Assembly: GCA_963844715.1 (NCBI GenBank)
Contig: CAWJPJ010000005.1
Span: forward strand, 224,001-288,000
Source of the DNA: an uncultured Phycisphaerales bacterium
Lineage (GTDB): Bacteria > Planctomycetota > Phycisphaerae > Tepidisphaerales > Tepidisphaeraceae
Length of the DNA stretch: 64,000 bases
Direction: 5' to 3'
The translations under genes and the position numbers were made by a program. A model generated the notes under the pieces. It searched no databases, was not told the origin of the DNA, and saw nothing but the letters and a program-made list of their open reading frames with translations. Of the stretch, positions 41,342-51,452 are shown one piece after another (position 1 is the stretch's first letter; each line of letters opens with the position of its first letter).

Positions 41342-42418
41342 TTATTTTGCCCCGGCGGGCTTGATCGCGTCGCCGCCGTAGGTGAGGCCGCCCAACGCGT
41401 CTTCGATTTTTGCGGTCACCTTCTGTCCCAGCGGAGCGTAATCGAGATCGGTATTGAACTTTTGCCCATCATGTTCAGCCCACCAGAGGAAATCAACCAG
41501 GCCCTGGGCCTGATCCTTGCTCTTGATGTTGTTGAGGTCCTTGTAAATGATGAGATAGGTGAGGGAAGAGACCGGATAGGTGGTGTCGCCGTCCTGATTC
41601 CAGATGTTGGCGGCGAGCATTTGCCCCGTCATGCCGTCGGCGGCGCCCTCAGCGGCGGCGGAGACAGCGTCCGGGGTCGCCTTGACGAATTTGCCGGCTT
41701 TATTTTTCACCGAGCCATAGGTGATGCTGTTCTTGTCGGCATAGTTCTCCTCGACGTAGCCGATAGCGCCGGCGGTCTGTTGGACGATGGCGGCGACGCC
41801 CGGGTTGCCCTTGCCGCCCTGACCCACGGGCCACTGGACTTGCTTGCCAGTGCCAATCGACCCTTTGAAGTCATCGCTCTGGGAGGCAAGGTAATTGGTC
41901 CAGACGTAGTTGGTGCCGCTGCCGTCGGTTCGCCAGGCGCAGGTGATGGCGGTTGCCGGGAGATTGACCCCGGGGTTCATCGCGGCAATGCGCGGATCGT
42001 TCCACATCGAGACCTTCCCCATGTAGATGTCGGCCAGAAGGGGGCCGTCGAAATTGAGGTCGGTGATTCCAGGCAGATTAAAGGCCGGCACGACCGCCCC
42101 CGCGCAAGAGGGGATTTCGATGAGATTGTCCGCGCCGCCGGCTTTTTCGATTTCACCCTTGCTCATCGGTGCGTCGGAGCCGGCGAAGTCGACGACTTTA
42201 TCGGTGATGTCCTTGATGCCTTTGCCCGACCCGCCGCCGCCGTAGTCGATTTTCACGTCGGGGTGGAGGTTCTGATATTCCTTGCACCAGCGTTCATATA
42301 GAGGCTGGGGGAAAGTGGCCCCCGCGCCAGTGAGAGAGACGTCCGCGGTCGCGATACCCGCCAGGCCGAGGATTGCGGTCAGCGCCGCGGCCGCGGCGAA
42401 TTTTGCTATTCGATTCAC
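41342..42418 (-). CDS. pstS: Phosphate ABC transporter substrate-binding protein
   Basis: GTG start after AAGGAG; GAGATFP, GSGKG, DFAGSD, RTDGSGT, GKGNPGV, IGYVE. Confidence 0.94.
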   Translation of the reverse strand: MNRIAKFAAAAALTAILGLAGIATADVSLTGAGATFPQPLYERWCKEYQNLHPDVKIDYGGGGSGKGIKDITDKVVDFAGSDAPMSKGEIEKAGGADNLIEIPSCAGAVVPAFNLPGITDLNFDGPLLADIYMGKVSMWNDPRIAAMNPGVNLPATAITCAWRTDGSGTNYVWTNYLASQSDDFKGSIGTGKQVQWPVGQGGKGNPGVAAIVQQTAGAIGYVEENYADKNSITYGSVKNKAGKFVKATPDAVSAAAEGAADGMTGQMLAANIWNQDGDTTYPVSSLTYLIIYKDLNNIKSKDQAQGLVDFLWWAEHDGQKFNTDLDYAPLGQKVTAKIEDALGGLTYGGDAIKPAGAK

Positions 42419-42520
42419 GTTTCCTAGCTCCTTCCCAAAGTGTGGTTCCGCCCCCAAGGGTGCGAAGATGGTAAAAGTGGATTGTTTGCGCCGCATTAAG
42501 ATTGGGTATGCCAGGATACA

Positions 42521-43033
42521 ATGCTTCGGATGGCCGGACTGCGCGGACTCTCCGACGAGCAACTTCTCAGCCGGTGCCGAGTCGAGGCATATCGCGGCCC
42601 CGGGCCCGGTGGGCAGAAAAGGAATAAGACCTCGTCGGCGGTGCGGATTACCCACGAGGCCACCGGTTTCAGCGCGATCGCGGGCGAATCCCGGTCGCAG
42701 AGTCAGAATAAGTCGAAGGCATTGCGGAGATTGCGATTGAAGCTGGCGCTCGGTGTTCGGGAAGAATGGAAGGGTCAGAAAGTAAATCTTGGCGTATCGC
42801 CGCGATCGGAGGATTTTTTTGAAGTGATGGGTGCGGTGCTGGATGCGCTGGCGGAATCGCAGTGGAGTTTGTCCGTCGCGGCCGCGAAGATGGGGACCAC
42901 TACGGCACAGTTGGGCAAGTTTTTGCGCAGGGATGGGGATGTGTTGGAGGACGTAAACCAACAGGCGCGGGGCGTGGGCTTAAGCGGCTGGCGTGAAATG
43001 ATTTATCTTGGCGTCCAAAGCGCCTGCTTTTAG
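42521..43033 (+). CDS. Class I release-factor-like (GGQ) protein
   Basis: YRGPGPGGQKRNKTSSAVRITH, ESRSQSQNK. Confidence 0.85.
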   Translation: MLRMAGLRGLSDEQLLSRCRVEAYRGPGPGGQKRNKTSSAVRITHEATGFSAIAGESRSQSQNKSKALRRLRLKLALGVREEWKGQKVNLGVSPRSEDFFEVMGAVLDALAESQWSLSVAAAKMGTTTAQLGKFLRRDGDVLEDVNQQARGVGLSGWREMIYLGVQSACF

Positions 43034-43043
43034 AATTTCGCGG

Positions 43044-44675
43044 ATGAAGGCTAACCGGGTTTCTCTTGTTTTGCTTGGGATCATATTGGGGCTGAGCGCG
43101 GCGAATTGCGCTTGGGGTGACGAAGTTAATCTGATACGAAATTCGGACTTCACACAAAAGACGAGCGATGGCCGCGGGCCGGTCGGTTATGTGCTTTCGG
43201 GAAATGTTGCCTATCGATATTTGGGCGATCCGCATCGGGATGTGGCGGGATGGGGCGTGGCCATGCAATCGGCTGGGGCCGGGATGCTCGGGGGTTCAGT
43301 TTCGCAGATGGCGACGGGAATCGATGTGGGGGCCGGGCATGGTTTCGATTTACCTTTCGCGGGTTGCCGCAGGATTATTTTCGGGTCGGCCGGGACGATT
43401 TGATGATGCGCGTCGAGTTTTATGGCGGCGGCGGAAGGGTCTCTTACGATGCGAAGGGGAAGTCGATCTGGCCCGAGGTGGTCCGTGCCCGGCGGGATTT
43501 GACTGTTAATGGAGTGAGACACATCGGAGGGGCGGCGGTCTGGCGCAGCCTATCAACTGGATTTCTATGTGCCGTTTTCTCAGGTGGATTGTGTGAAGCT
43601 GGTCGTGAGTTTCGGGAATGGGGAAGCGGATCGGCCTCTCGCTTCGGAATTTCTAGTCAGCGATTTTTCGTTGCTGCGGATTTCGCCAGAGCCCGCCGGA
43701 TCGCCGGCCACCGAGCCTTCCGATGTCCAGCCAAGAGGGACGCCGATTGCGATTGGGGGAAGATGGTTCTATGACGCCGGGCCGGGCGAAACGAGAGTTC
43801 CATCCGAATTCGATTCAACCAACGCGGAACGGCTACTCTATCGGGACACCGGGTGGTCCGCTCCGTTCGCGGCAGAAATGTCGGCCTGGCTGCGGGCAGG
43901 GGACAAAGATCTCGGCGGAACTATCGTCACGGCGGACAAGCTGGTGCCAGATAACGTGACCGTGCGGTTCGATGCGACGAGCATGATCATTCACTCGCAT
44001 GGACTGCCGAATCATCCGACCGGGAAGTTTCCGCAGGAGGAGTCAGGGAATCCGAATTTTATCCAGGAAAAGGACGAGACGTTCTATATTCCGCTCAATC
44101 CGCGCCAGAATCCGGGCCATGAGGCGACCGCCAGGGATAATTCGAATCATGCGTTGCCGATGGGCCCGATCGGGGTGGCAGTCAATGGAGTGGTTTTCTT
44201 CAATCCATTTGACGCCAACAGTCAGGACGCGACCGATTTGATGGATCGCTGCTGCGGGCATCCCTCGCCGGACAATCTTTATCACTATCACAAGTATCCG
44301 ATTTGTCTGAATTCGCCCTGGTCCGACAACGGCGAGCAACACTCTCCGCTCATCGGCTGGGCGTTTGACGGCTTTCCGATCTACGGGCCGTACGCCAGCG
44401 CAGGAGTGATGGCCAAGGATGTCACAGGAGCCTATGCGCTAAATGAATTCAACATTCATTTCGATGCGGATCGCGGCTGGCATTACCAGGTTACGCCAGG
44501 CAAGTTTCCGTACATCATCGGCGGATATTGGGGATATGTGGATCAGAGGGATGTCGATCATCGGGGCCCGCCGCCGGGGATGGCGGGTGGGCCGCGTGGC
44601 GCGGGGATGGGGCCGCCGCCCGGAGGAGGGTTTGGTCCGCCGCCGGGTGATGTCGGGCCGCCGGGGCCGCCTTGA
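43044..44675 (+). CDS. Secreted YHYH-domain protein, frameshifted
   Basis: Signal peptide; GLPNH, GPIGVAVNGV, CCGHP, YHYH, IGWAFDGFPIYGP; Pro/Gly tail. Confidence 0.85.
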
Positions 44676-44801
44676 GAAAACCCGAATGACGAAATCCGAA
44701 ATCCGAATGAATGACCGAATGACCGAATGGGCGGCGCCTTTTTTCGGTCATTCTGGTTTCAGGCATTTTTTCGGGATTCTGGTTTCGGGCTTCGGGTTTC
44801 T
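44676..44801. repeat. Palindromic intergenic repeat built of 7-8 bp units, copy 1
   Basis: CCGAATGA/ATCCGAA units on the left, complementary TCATTC/TTCGGG units on the right. Confidence 0.75.
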
Positions 44802-44805
44802 CGGC

Positions 44806-46302
44806 CTATCCGTGTTTCAGCACCGAGTCGCCAGTGCCGAAGTATACGCCGCCGATGTTATGGCCATTGGCGTAGAAGCTGATGTGAGGCCAGCCTTCGC
44901 ATCGCATCGGGAGAATGAGGGTGAACGTGCCTTGGCCTTTGGGGAGGTCGGCGGAGGATTGACATCGCTGCGTGTCGCTGATCCCGTCATTTTGATTTTT
45001 GGCGGTAACGAAAACGGCCATTGTCGCGGAGTCGGTTGAACCCAATTGGTAGGTTCCTTTGATTTGATAGACGTTGCCGGGACTGATGGTGCCGGAGGTG
45101 CCGCGGACCTCGGTGATGGCGATGTTGTCACCGGCGGCGAACTCGGTCAGACCGAGCTCAAAGGGGACGGATTGACCGAAGACCGCGGGAATGGGGAGCG
45201 GAGGATGGCGTTTATCGAAATCGGCAGCCGCGATGAGTTGGGGGTTCAACGAATCGGGAGAGGGCGCGATTGCGGAGGAGGCGGCGGGGGAGGGCGCCGG
45301 CGGCAGCGTGGCAGCAGCGGGTTTCCCGGCGTTCGCGTACCAGACGCCGAGGCAAAATACGGAGATGAGCAGGCAGAGGACGCCGCCACCGACGAGGACG
45401 GCCAGGGAATTCCATCGGCTAATGTGCGTCATGAGGGATCTCCTTTTGTCGAGCAAGCCGCGGATGCGGGATTCCAAGTTCGATTTGGCGCCCACGATTC
45501 CGGGGGCGATGGAGTAGTCAGGCTGAACGCTGACGCATTGGGCGAAGGCGAACAACGTGGCCGCGTAATCGGCGGGGGCGGCGGCGTGCAGGACGTAATT
45601 ATCGCAGAGGTCCTCCCGGGAACGATCCAATTGACGATTGACGTAGTGCACGAGGGGGTGGAACCAGAAGATTGCCGCGAGGAATCGCTGGTAGAGACCG
45701 GTGAGGGGATCGTGACGAAGAGCGTGGGCGCATTCGTGGACGAGGACCTGAAGGCGACGATCTTGATGCGCTGCGTCGAGGAGAGATAAAGGGAGAATGA
45801 CTATGGGCCGAGCGAAACCTGTAGCGACTGGGACGGAGAGCTTTGGCGAGGAGTAAATTTTGGGAAGGCGACGGCCAAAGAAGTCTGACAGGCGAGTATC
45901 GGGCTCAACAGGGACGGAGTTGCGCCGTATTCGCCGGATATTTTGGAGACCGATTGCGAGGCGGAGGAGCATTGCCGCCGCGCCACCGACCCAAATGCCT
46001 GAAATAATGGCCGGGGAAAGCGCATAAGAGGTGGAGTGATCGGGAATCGGCGGAATGGGAGCGAAGTCGACTATGGCAATGACCTGGGTTTGGACGAAGT
46101 GTGCCGGGGCTGGTGCAGCGGAATGAACGATCAGGGTGTAGGCGTCGGACATCAGCAGGGGGGTGAAGCCGCAGGCAACGAGCGCGAAAAAGCAGATGGC
46201 GTGCCGAATAGCGGGGTGGCGGAGGGCGAAGCGAGACAGCAAAGCGGCGATGGAGAGGATGGCGGTGACCTGAACGAGGATTGCCATCGCGGCCGCATTC
46301 AT
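44806..46302 (-). CDS. BlaR1/M56-family membrane metallopeptidase
   Basis: HECAHALRHD, FWFHPL, REDLCD, LESRI; C-terminal exported domain. Confidence 0.9.
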   Translation of the reverse strand: MNAAAMAILVQVTAILSIAALLSRFALRHPAIRHAICFFALVACGFTPLLMSDAYTLIVHSAAPAPAHFVQTQVIAIVDFAPIPPIPDHSTSYALSPAIISGIWVGGAAAMLLRLAIGLQNIRRIRRNSVPVEPDTRLSDFFGRRLPKIYSSPKLSVPVATGFARPIVILPLSLLDAAHQDRRLQVLVHECAHALRHDPLTGLYQRFLAAIFWFHPLVHYVNRQLDRSREDLCDNYVLHAAAPADYAATLFAFAQCVSVQPDYSIAPGIVGAKSNLESRIRGLLDKRRSLMTHISRWNSLAVLVGGGVLCLLISVFCLGVWYANAGKPAAATLPPAPSPAASSAIAPSPDSLNPQLIAAADFDKRHPPLPIPAVFGQSVPFELGLTEFAAGDNIAITEVRGTSGTISPGNVYQIKGTYQLGSTDSATMAVFVTAKNQNDGISDTQRCQSSADLPKGQGTFTLILPMRCEGWPHISFYANGHNIGGVYFGTGDSVLKHG

Positions 46303-46689
46303 CGTTGCTCCCGCCGGGCGTCATCTATGAGTTTTTGAATTCGTGCTGCCTCTTCGGGCGAGAGACGCCGGGAATCGAGCAGGCTCATGACGAGTCCGCT
46401 GGCCGAGCCGCCGAAGGCGCCGTCGAGGAGATCGGCGAGCAGCCCGGATTGGGCCAATTTTTTGGGTCGGGCTGCACGATAATAGAAGGCGTTGGCGTCG
46501 GCGCAGGGCGCGGAGCCAGCCGCGTTCGCTGAGACGAGCGAGCATGGTTTGGACGGTGTTTCTGGCGATGGGGCGGGTCTCAGCGAGGGCTTTCCAAACC
46601 TGGGCGACGCCGAGTTCGCCGCGTTCCCAAAAGAGATTCATGATCTCAATCTGGAAGGGGGTGAGGCGGGATTGGTGTGGCCTGGGCAT
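46299..46689 (-). CDS. BlaI/MecI/CopY-family repressor, frameshifted
   Basis: EIMNLFWERG, ARNTVQTMLARL..RGWL, AFGGSASGLV; ATGA overlap with the M56 gene. Confidence 0.88.
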
Positions 46690-46700
46690 GGGGCGTCCTG

Positions 46701-46745
46701 CTTACAGTTGTCGGTAATTATGCCGACGCACGTAGGCAATGTCAA
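46701..46745 (-). promoter_or_regulatory. Sigma-70 promoter of blaI with overlapping BlaI-type operator palindromes
   Basis: Minus strand TTGACA (46745-46740), 17 bp, CATAAT (46722-46717); palindrome TGCCGACG-CA-CGTAGGCA (46721-46738) and TACA-GT-TGTC (46703-46712). Confidence 0.65.
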
Positions 46746-46780
46746 GGGAAATCCAAAATCCGCTTCAATGTGAGAACGGC

Positions 46781-46867
46781 CGAATGACCGGCCGGAACAT
46801 AGGACCGCGTTTCGGTCATTCTGGTTTTAGGCATTGATTCGGAATTCTGGTTTCGGGCTTCGGATTT
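46781..46867. repeat. Palindromic intergenic repeat, copy 2
   Basis: TTCGGTCATTCTGGTTT.AGGCATT..TTCGG.ATTCTGGTTTCGGGCTTCGG shared with 44743-44796. Confidence 0.75.
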
Positions 46868-48535
46868 ACCTTTTCACCCCACGCCGGCGGGCCAGTTCCG
46901 TCGTCATTCGCTGTAATTGCGGGCTCATGTCGTTGGGGTCGATTTGCGCGTCTATAACTGTGAGATCGTTGCCTTCAATCGCGGATTGCAGAGCCATTTG
47001 CAGATCCCCCTTGGTCTTGGCGGTGATGGCTTTGCCGCCGCCGATGAGCTGGCAGATTTGCCCGTAATTCCATTGCGAGATGACGTTGAATTTTCCGTCG
47101 CGGATTTTTCGCATCGTGCCGTAGCCGTTGTTGTTGAGCACGATGATGATGGGCTTTTGCTTCAGGCGGACGGCGGTGGAAAGTTCCATGCCAGTCATTT
47201 GGAAAGCGCCGTCGCCGACCAGCGCGATGGGTCGGAATTTCGGATTGGCCGCCGCGACGCCGATGCAGGCGGGGACCGCGAATCCCATCGACAGGTAATA
47301 GGCCGGCGCGATGAATTCGGCGCGTTTGCTGGTGCGGATGCCGATGGCGCCGAAGAGGCCGTCGCCGACGTCCGAGATGACGCAAGTCTGCTCGTCGAGA
47401 TTCAGCGAGACGATGCGAATGAGGTCCTTCATCGTGATCGGCTCGTTCAGCTCGCTGCGGCCAGCGGTTTGGGCTCGGACTGCGGCGCGGGGTGTTTGAA
47501 ATTCTTTTTACGGAGCTTCGCGGCCAGAAGCCCGTTTAGAAAATCGGCGAATTGGACTTCGTCGTATTTGTGATAGCGGACGGCCAGCGATTCGGTGGTC
47601 GCCAGGATCGTGCGGTTCCGGTCGAGCCGGGCGGTGTAAATGCCCATGTTCATGTCGGTGATGAAAGTGCCGAGCATGAGCACGCAATCTGAGGATTCGA
47701 CATAGTGCCGCACGAATTCCTCGCTGCTCATCGCGCCGCCGTAGACGCCGAGGTAGAGGGGATGGTTTTCGGGGACGGCGGATTTGCTGAGCAGGTCGCC
47801 GGCGATAGGGATGTTCAATTTCTCGGCCAGACGAATGGCCTGGTCCGTAAGATGGTGCCGATGAAGTTCCACCCCGGCAAGGATGACGGGTTTGCGCGAG
47901 TGGGAGATGAGGCCGCTGGTTTCGGCGAGGGCGGCTTTTAGAGAGTCAGGGTCAGAGGCGGGGGGCTGTTGCTCGTGGATCGGTGGAATGGGGATAATGC
48001 GATCGACCATGTCGTGCGGAACTTCGATATAAACCGGGCGCTTGAAGCGCAGGCAAGCCTCGACGCAGCGGACGATTTCGGAAGCGGCACGCGATTCGTC
48101 TAGAAGGACGGCGGTCGCGACCGTGACTTCGTCGTAAACGCGGCGCTGGGTGTCGAAGGTTTTAACTTTGTGATGCAGGAGCGGGTCTTTTTCGCGGTCT
48201 TTTCTGCCCGGAGCGCCGCTGACGACCACGACCGGAGATTTTTCGGCGTAAGCCCCGGCAACGGCGTTGAGGACGTTGAGTCCGCCGACGCAATACGTGA
48301 CGCAGACCAGGCCGATACCGTTGATGCGAGAGTAAGCGTCGGCCGCAAAGCCCGCGCCGGGTTCGTGGGTCATCGTGATGGATTGGATGGGAGAGCGGTC
48401 GAGCCACGCGAAAGTCGAAAGGGCGAAATCGCCCGGAACGCCGAAGCTGTGGCGGATGCCTTTGGAATGAAGGTAGGCGAATAGGAATTCGCCCATGGGC
48501 ATTTTTGCCGGGAAGGTCGCGCGTTTGGTGGGCAT
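46866..48535 (-). CDS. ThDP-dependent alpha-keto acid (indolepyruvate/pyruvate) decarboxylase, frameshifted
   Basis: FGVPGDF, HEPGAGFAADAYSR, LLHH, GDGAFQMTG...NNNGY. Confidence 0.9.
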
Positions 48536-48645
48536 TGATGGATTATAGACTTTTTTTGCGGGCGGCGTCCGGGGGACCAAGGTACCCCGCCTTCGCGAAG
48601 CGTTGGCGTTGGAAACGGGGGGGAGTTCGCATAACATCGGGTTTG

Positions 48646-50277
48646 ATGACCGCAAACTCTGCCACTCCTCCCGCGCCCGCTTCTTCGTCGAGCGATGAAC
48701 AGGCCAGCAATATCAAAGAGACCGTCGAGTCGATCCTCGTCGCGTTCATTCTGGCGTTTATCTTTCGCGCCTTCGTGGTTGAAGCATTTGTGATTCCGAC
48801 CGGGTCGATGGCGACGACTCTGCTGGGAGCGCACATGCGCTTCCGGTGTCCGGATTGCGGGTATTTATTCGAGGTGAATTACCAGGCGGCGACCGCGCAG
48901 GAAGCGGAAGACATGCAGATCCCATCGGATGGGTATCCGCAGGGGGATATTTATTGTCCAAATTGCGGGTATCACCTCGCGTCGCGGGAAGATGCCCAGC
49001 CGGTGCGGTTTGGGGATCGCATTCTAGTGCTGAAGTATATTTATTTATTGCACGAACCGAAGCGGTGGGACGTGGTCGTTTTCAAAGCGCCGGACCAGCC
49101 GGAGAAGACGCACTACACGCAGAATTTCATCAAGCGATTGGTGGGGAGGCCCGGCGAAACGCTGATGGTTTTGGACGGCAGCATCTATATCAAGACGAAG
49201 GACGACCCGACCTGGCGGATTCAGACCAAGCCGCGCGATGTGCAGGAGGCCATGTGGCGGCTCGTGAACGACAACGACTATCACCCGCAGGGATTGCCGC
49301 GCTATGGATTGGGGGCATGGCAGCAGCCGTGGAAAGAGGATGCCGGCAGCGGGTGGAACACCGACGGAGTGGGCGGGAACCCGCGGATGTTTCAATTTGA
49401 TAACGCCACTGGATCCGGCGAATTGGATTACGACCAGAACGCGAACAGCACCACGCAGGCGCTGACGGATTATCTCGCGTATGACGTTCCCTCAACCCTC
49501 CGCAGGCCGGGGACCGTGGGATCGCCCGACGACGACCAGGCGCCGGCGGTTTCCGATCTGAAATTATCCGTGTATTACCATCGAATGAGCGGACAGGGGG
49601 ATCTGAAGCTCAAACTGGTGAAGCACGAGAGCGAGGATCACACCTTCGTCGCGGATATCTCAACGGACTCGGTGCGCCTATTGCATGAGACGAATTTCGG
49701 AGAAGAGCAGATCGGGCCGACGGTGAAACTTGCGGACTTGGGGATTTCGGCAACCGAGCCGATTTACGTCGAATTCCAGAATGTGGATTACCAGGTGACC
49801 CTGCGATTGAACGGAAAGGACGCGATCCAATCGACGCCGGCGGATTTTGCTCCGGACGTCTCCTGGCTGATCGACCAGTGGAACGACAGGAAGCACGGGC
49901 GTCGCGGCGAGGCGGCAATCGAGGCGGAAAGCCAGTCGTGCACGCTATCGCATGTCAGTCTCTGGCGGGATGTGTATTACACGGATCGCCAGCGCGGCGG
50001 TGAGCCGTTCGAATGGGCCTCGCCCACCACGCCGATTACGCTCGGGCCGGGTGAATATTTCGTGATGGGCGATAATTCGGAAGTGAGTTCGGACGCGCGC
50101 TACTGGGGTCATCCGATCAATTTGCCGCGCGAAGGTTTGGACGTGCAGTCGGGGCGAGTCCCAAGACAATTTTTACTCGGCCAGGCCGTGTTCGTGTATT
50201 GGCCCGCAGGGTTCCGCGCCTTCGGGACGCGCTTGTCGGTGGTCCCCGATTTCGGCGACATGAGGTGGATTCACTAA
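48646..50277 (+). CDS. lepB: Signal peptidase I with large insertions
   Basis: AFVIPTGSM, GDRILV, RWDVVVF, FIKRLVG, YFVMGDNS..SSDARYW. Confidence 0.92.
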   Translation: MTANSATPPAPASSSSDEQASNIKETVESILVAFILAFIFRAFVVEAFVIPTGSMATTLLGAHMRFRCPDCGYLFEVNYQAATAQEAEDMQIPSDGYPQGDIYCPNCGYHLASREDAQPVRFGDRILVLKYIYLLHEPKRWDVVVFKAPDQPEKTHYTQNFIKRLVGRPGETLMVLDGSIYIKTKDDPTWRIQTKPRDVQEAMWRLVNDNDYHPQGLPRYGLGAWQQPWKEDAGSGWNTDGVGGNPRMFQFDNATGSGELDYDQNANSTTQALTDYLAYDVPSTLRRPGTVGSPDDDQAPAVSDLKLSVYYHRMSGQGDLKLKLVKHESEDHTFVADISTDSVRLLHETNFGEEQIGPTVKLADLGISATEPIYVEFQNVDYQVTLRLNGKDAIQSTPADFAPDVSWLIDQWNDRKHGRRGEAAIEAESQSCTLSHVSLWRDVYYTDRQRGGEPFEWASPTTPITLGPGEYFVMGDNSEVSSDARYWGHPINLPREGLDVQSGRVPRQFLLGQAVFVYWPAGFRAFGTRLSVVPDFGDMRWIH

Positions 50278-50282
50278 ATGGA

Positions 50283-50357
50283 AGACCGCGATTCAGCGAC
50301 ATCCTCACTCCCCCGTTCAGCGGCCCCGCTTGCGGGGCGTGTTCTTCGATGTACCGG
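50283..50357. repeat. REP-like dispersed repeat, copy 2
   Basis: Matches 36104-36169 including hairpin GCCCCGC-TT-GCGGGGC. Confidence 0.8.
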
Positions 50358-50379
50358 CGAGTAGGGCCCAGAGGCGTTT

Positions 50380-51451
50380 ATGGCGATAACGCGCGAACAA
50401 GTTTTGGCGGCGCTGCGGACCGTGCAGGATCCCGAGCTTTTCCGCGACATCGTTTCGCTGAATATGGTCAAGGATATTCGGCTGGACGGAAATAATGTTT
50501 TCGTAAATGTCGAACTGACGACACCGGCCTGCCCGCTCAAGGAGAGAATCGAGCGCGAGGTGACCGCCGCGCTGAAAAGCGCGGGGGCGACAGAGGTGAC
50601 GCTCGAGCTTTCAGCAAATACACGGGGGGCGGTCGGCGCCAAGAAGGATGTGCTGCCCCAGGTGAAGAACGTGGTCGCGGTGGGGGCCGGGAAGGGCGGA
50701 GTCGGGAAATCGACGATCGCGGTGAATCTGGCCGTGGGCTTGCAGCTAGCCGGGGCGAAGGTGGGGCTGATGGACGGGGATATTTACGGCCCGTCGATGC
50801 CGACGATGCTGGGGCTGAAGGGCGCGACGCCGCAGGTGACCGGGTCGAAGATGATTCCGTTCTATGTGCACGGGATTCACGCGGTGACCATCGGATCGCT
50901 GGTCGAGCAGGACAAGCCGCTCATTTGGCGCGGCCCAATGGCGCATGGCGCGTTTCGGCAGTTGCTGATCGACAACACCCAGTGGCCGGAGCTGGATTAT
51001 TTGATCGTGGATTTGCCGCCCGGCACGGGGGATGTCCCGCTGACGTTGTGTCAGTTGCTCCCGCTGTCGGGAGCAGTCGTCGTCGCGACGCCGCAGCAAG
51101 TCAGCGCTGGATGACGCGGTTCGTGCGGTGCGAATGTTCCAGCAACTGGCGACGCCGGTGCTGGGGATCGTCGAGAATATGAGCTATTTCGTCGCCCCCG
51201 ACGGCAGCGGCCACGACCTGTTCGGCCGCGGCGGAGCGGAAAAGGCGGCGCAGCGACTGGGGCTGCCGTTCCTGGGGGCGCTGGGGATTTACACCGAGTT
51301 GCGGATCAACAGCGATGCGGGGGAGCCGGGCAAGAATTTTGCCGGAAACCCGGTGCTGAAGAATGAGCTGACGCGGATCGTGCAGAATCTGGCCGGGCAG
51401 ATCAGTTTGCGGAATCTAACGGAGCGGGGGCCGGAGTTGAATGTGACGTGA
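50380..51451 (+). CDS. mrp: Mrp/NBP35 (ApbC) Fe-S carrier ATPase, frameshifted
   Basis: DPEL..DIV, TTPACP, GKGGVGKST, DIYGPS, WRGPM, DLPPGTGD, ENMS. Confidence 0.92.
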
Positions 51452-51452
51452 A

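Noticed and set aside
42430..42520. Pho box upstream of pstS
   Set aside because: No convincing 11-bp-spaced direct repeats
41342..42961. 539-aa PstS with a long N-terminal extension
   Set aside because: The true start is the GTG at 42418 with SD and signal peptide; the extension overlaps the divergent release-factor-like gene
50380..51451. P-loop ATPase as the missing Vps4
   Set aside because: It has Mrp/NBP35 motifs (GKGGVGKST, DLPPGTGD) rather than AAA+, and lies 29 kb away
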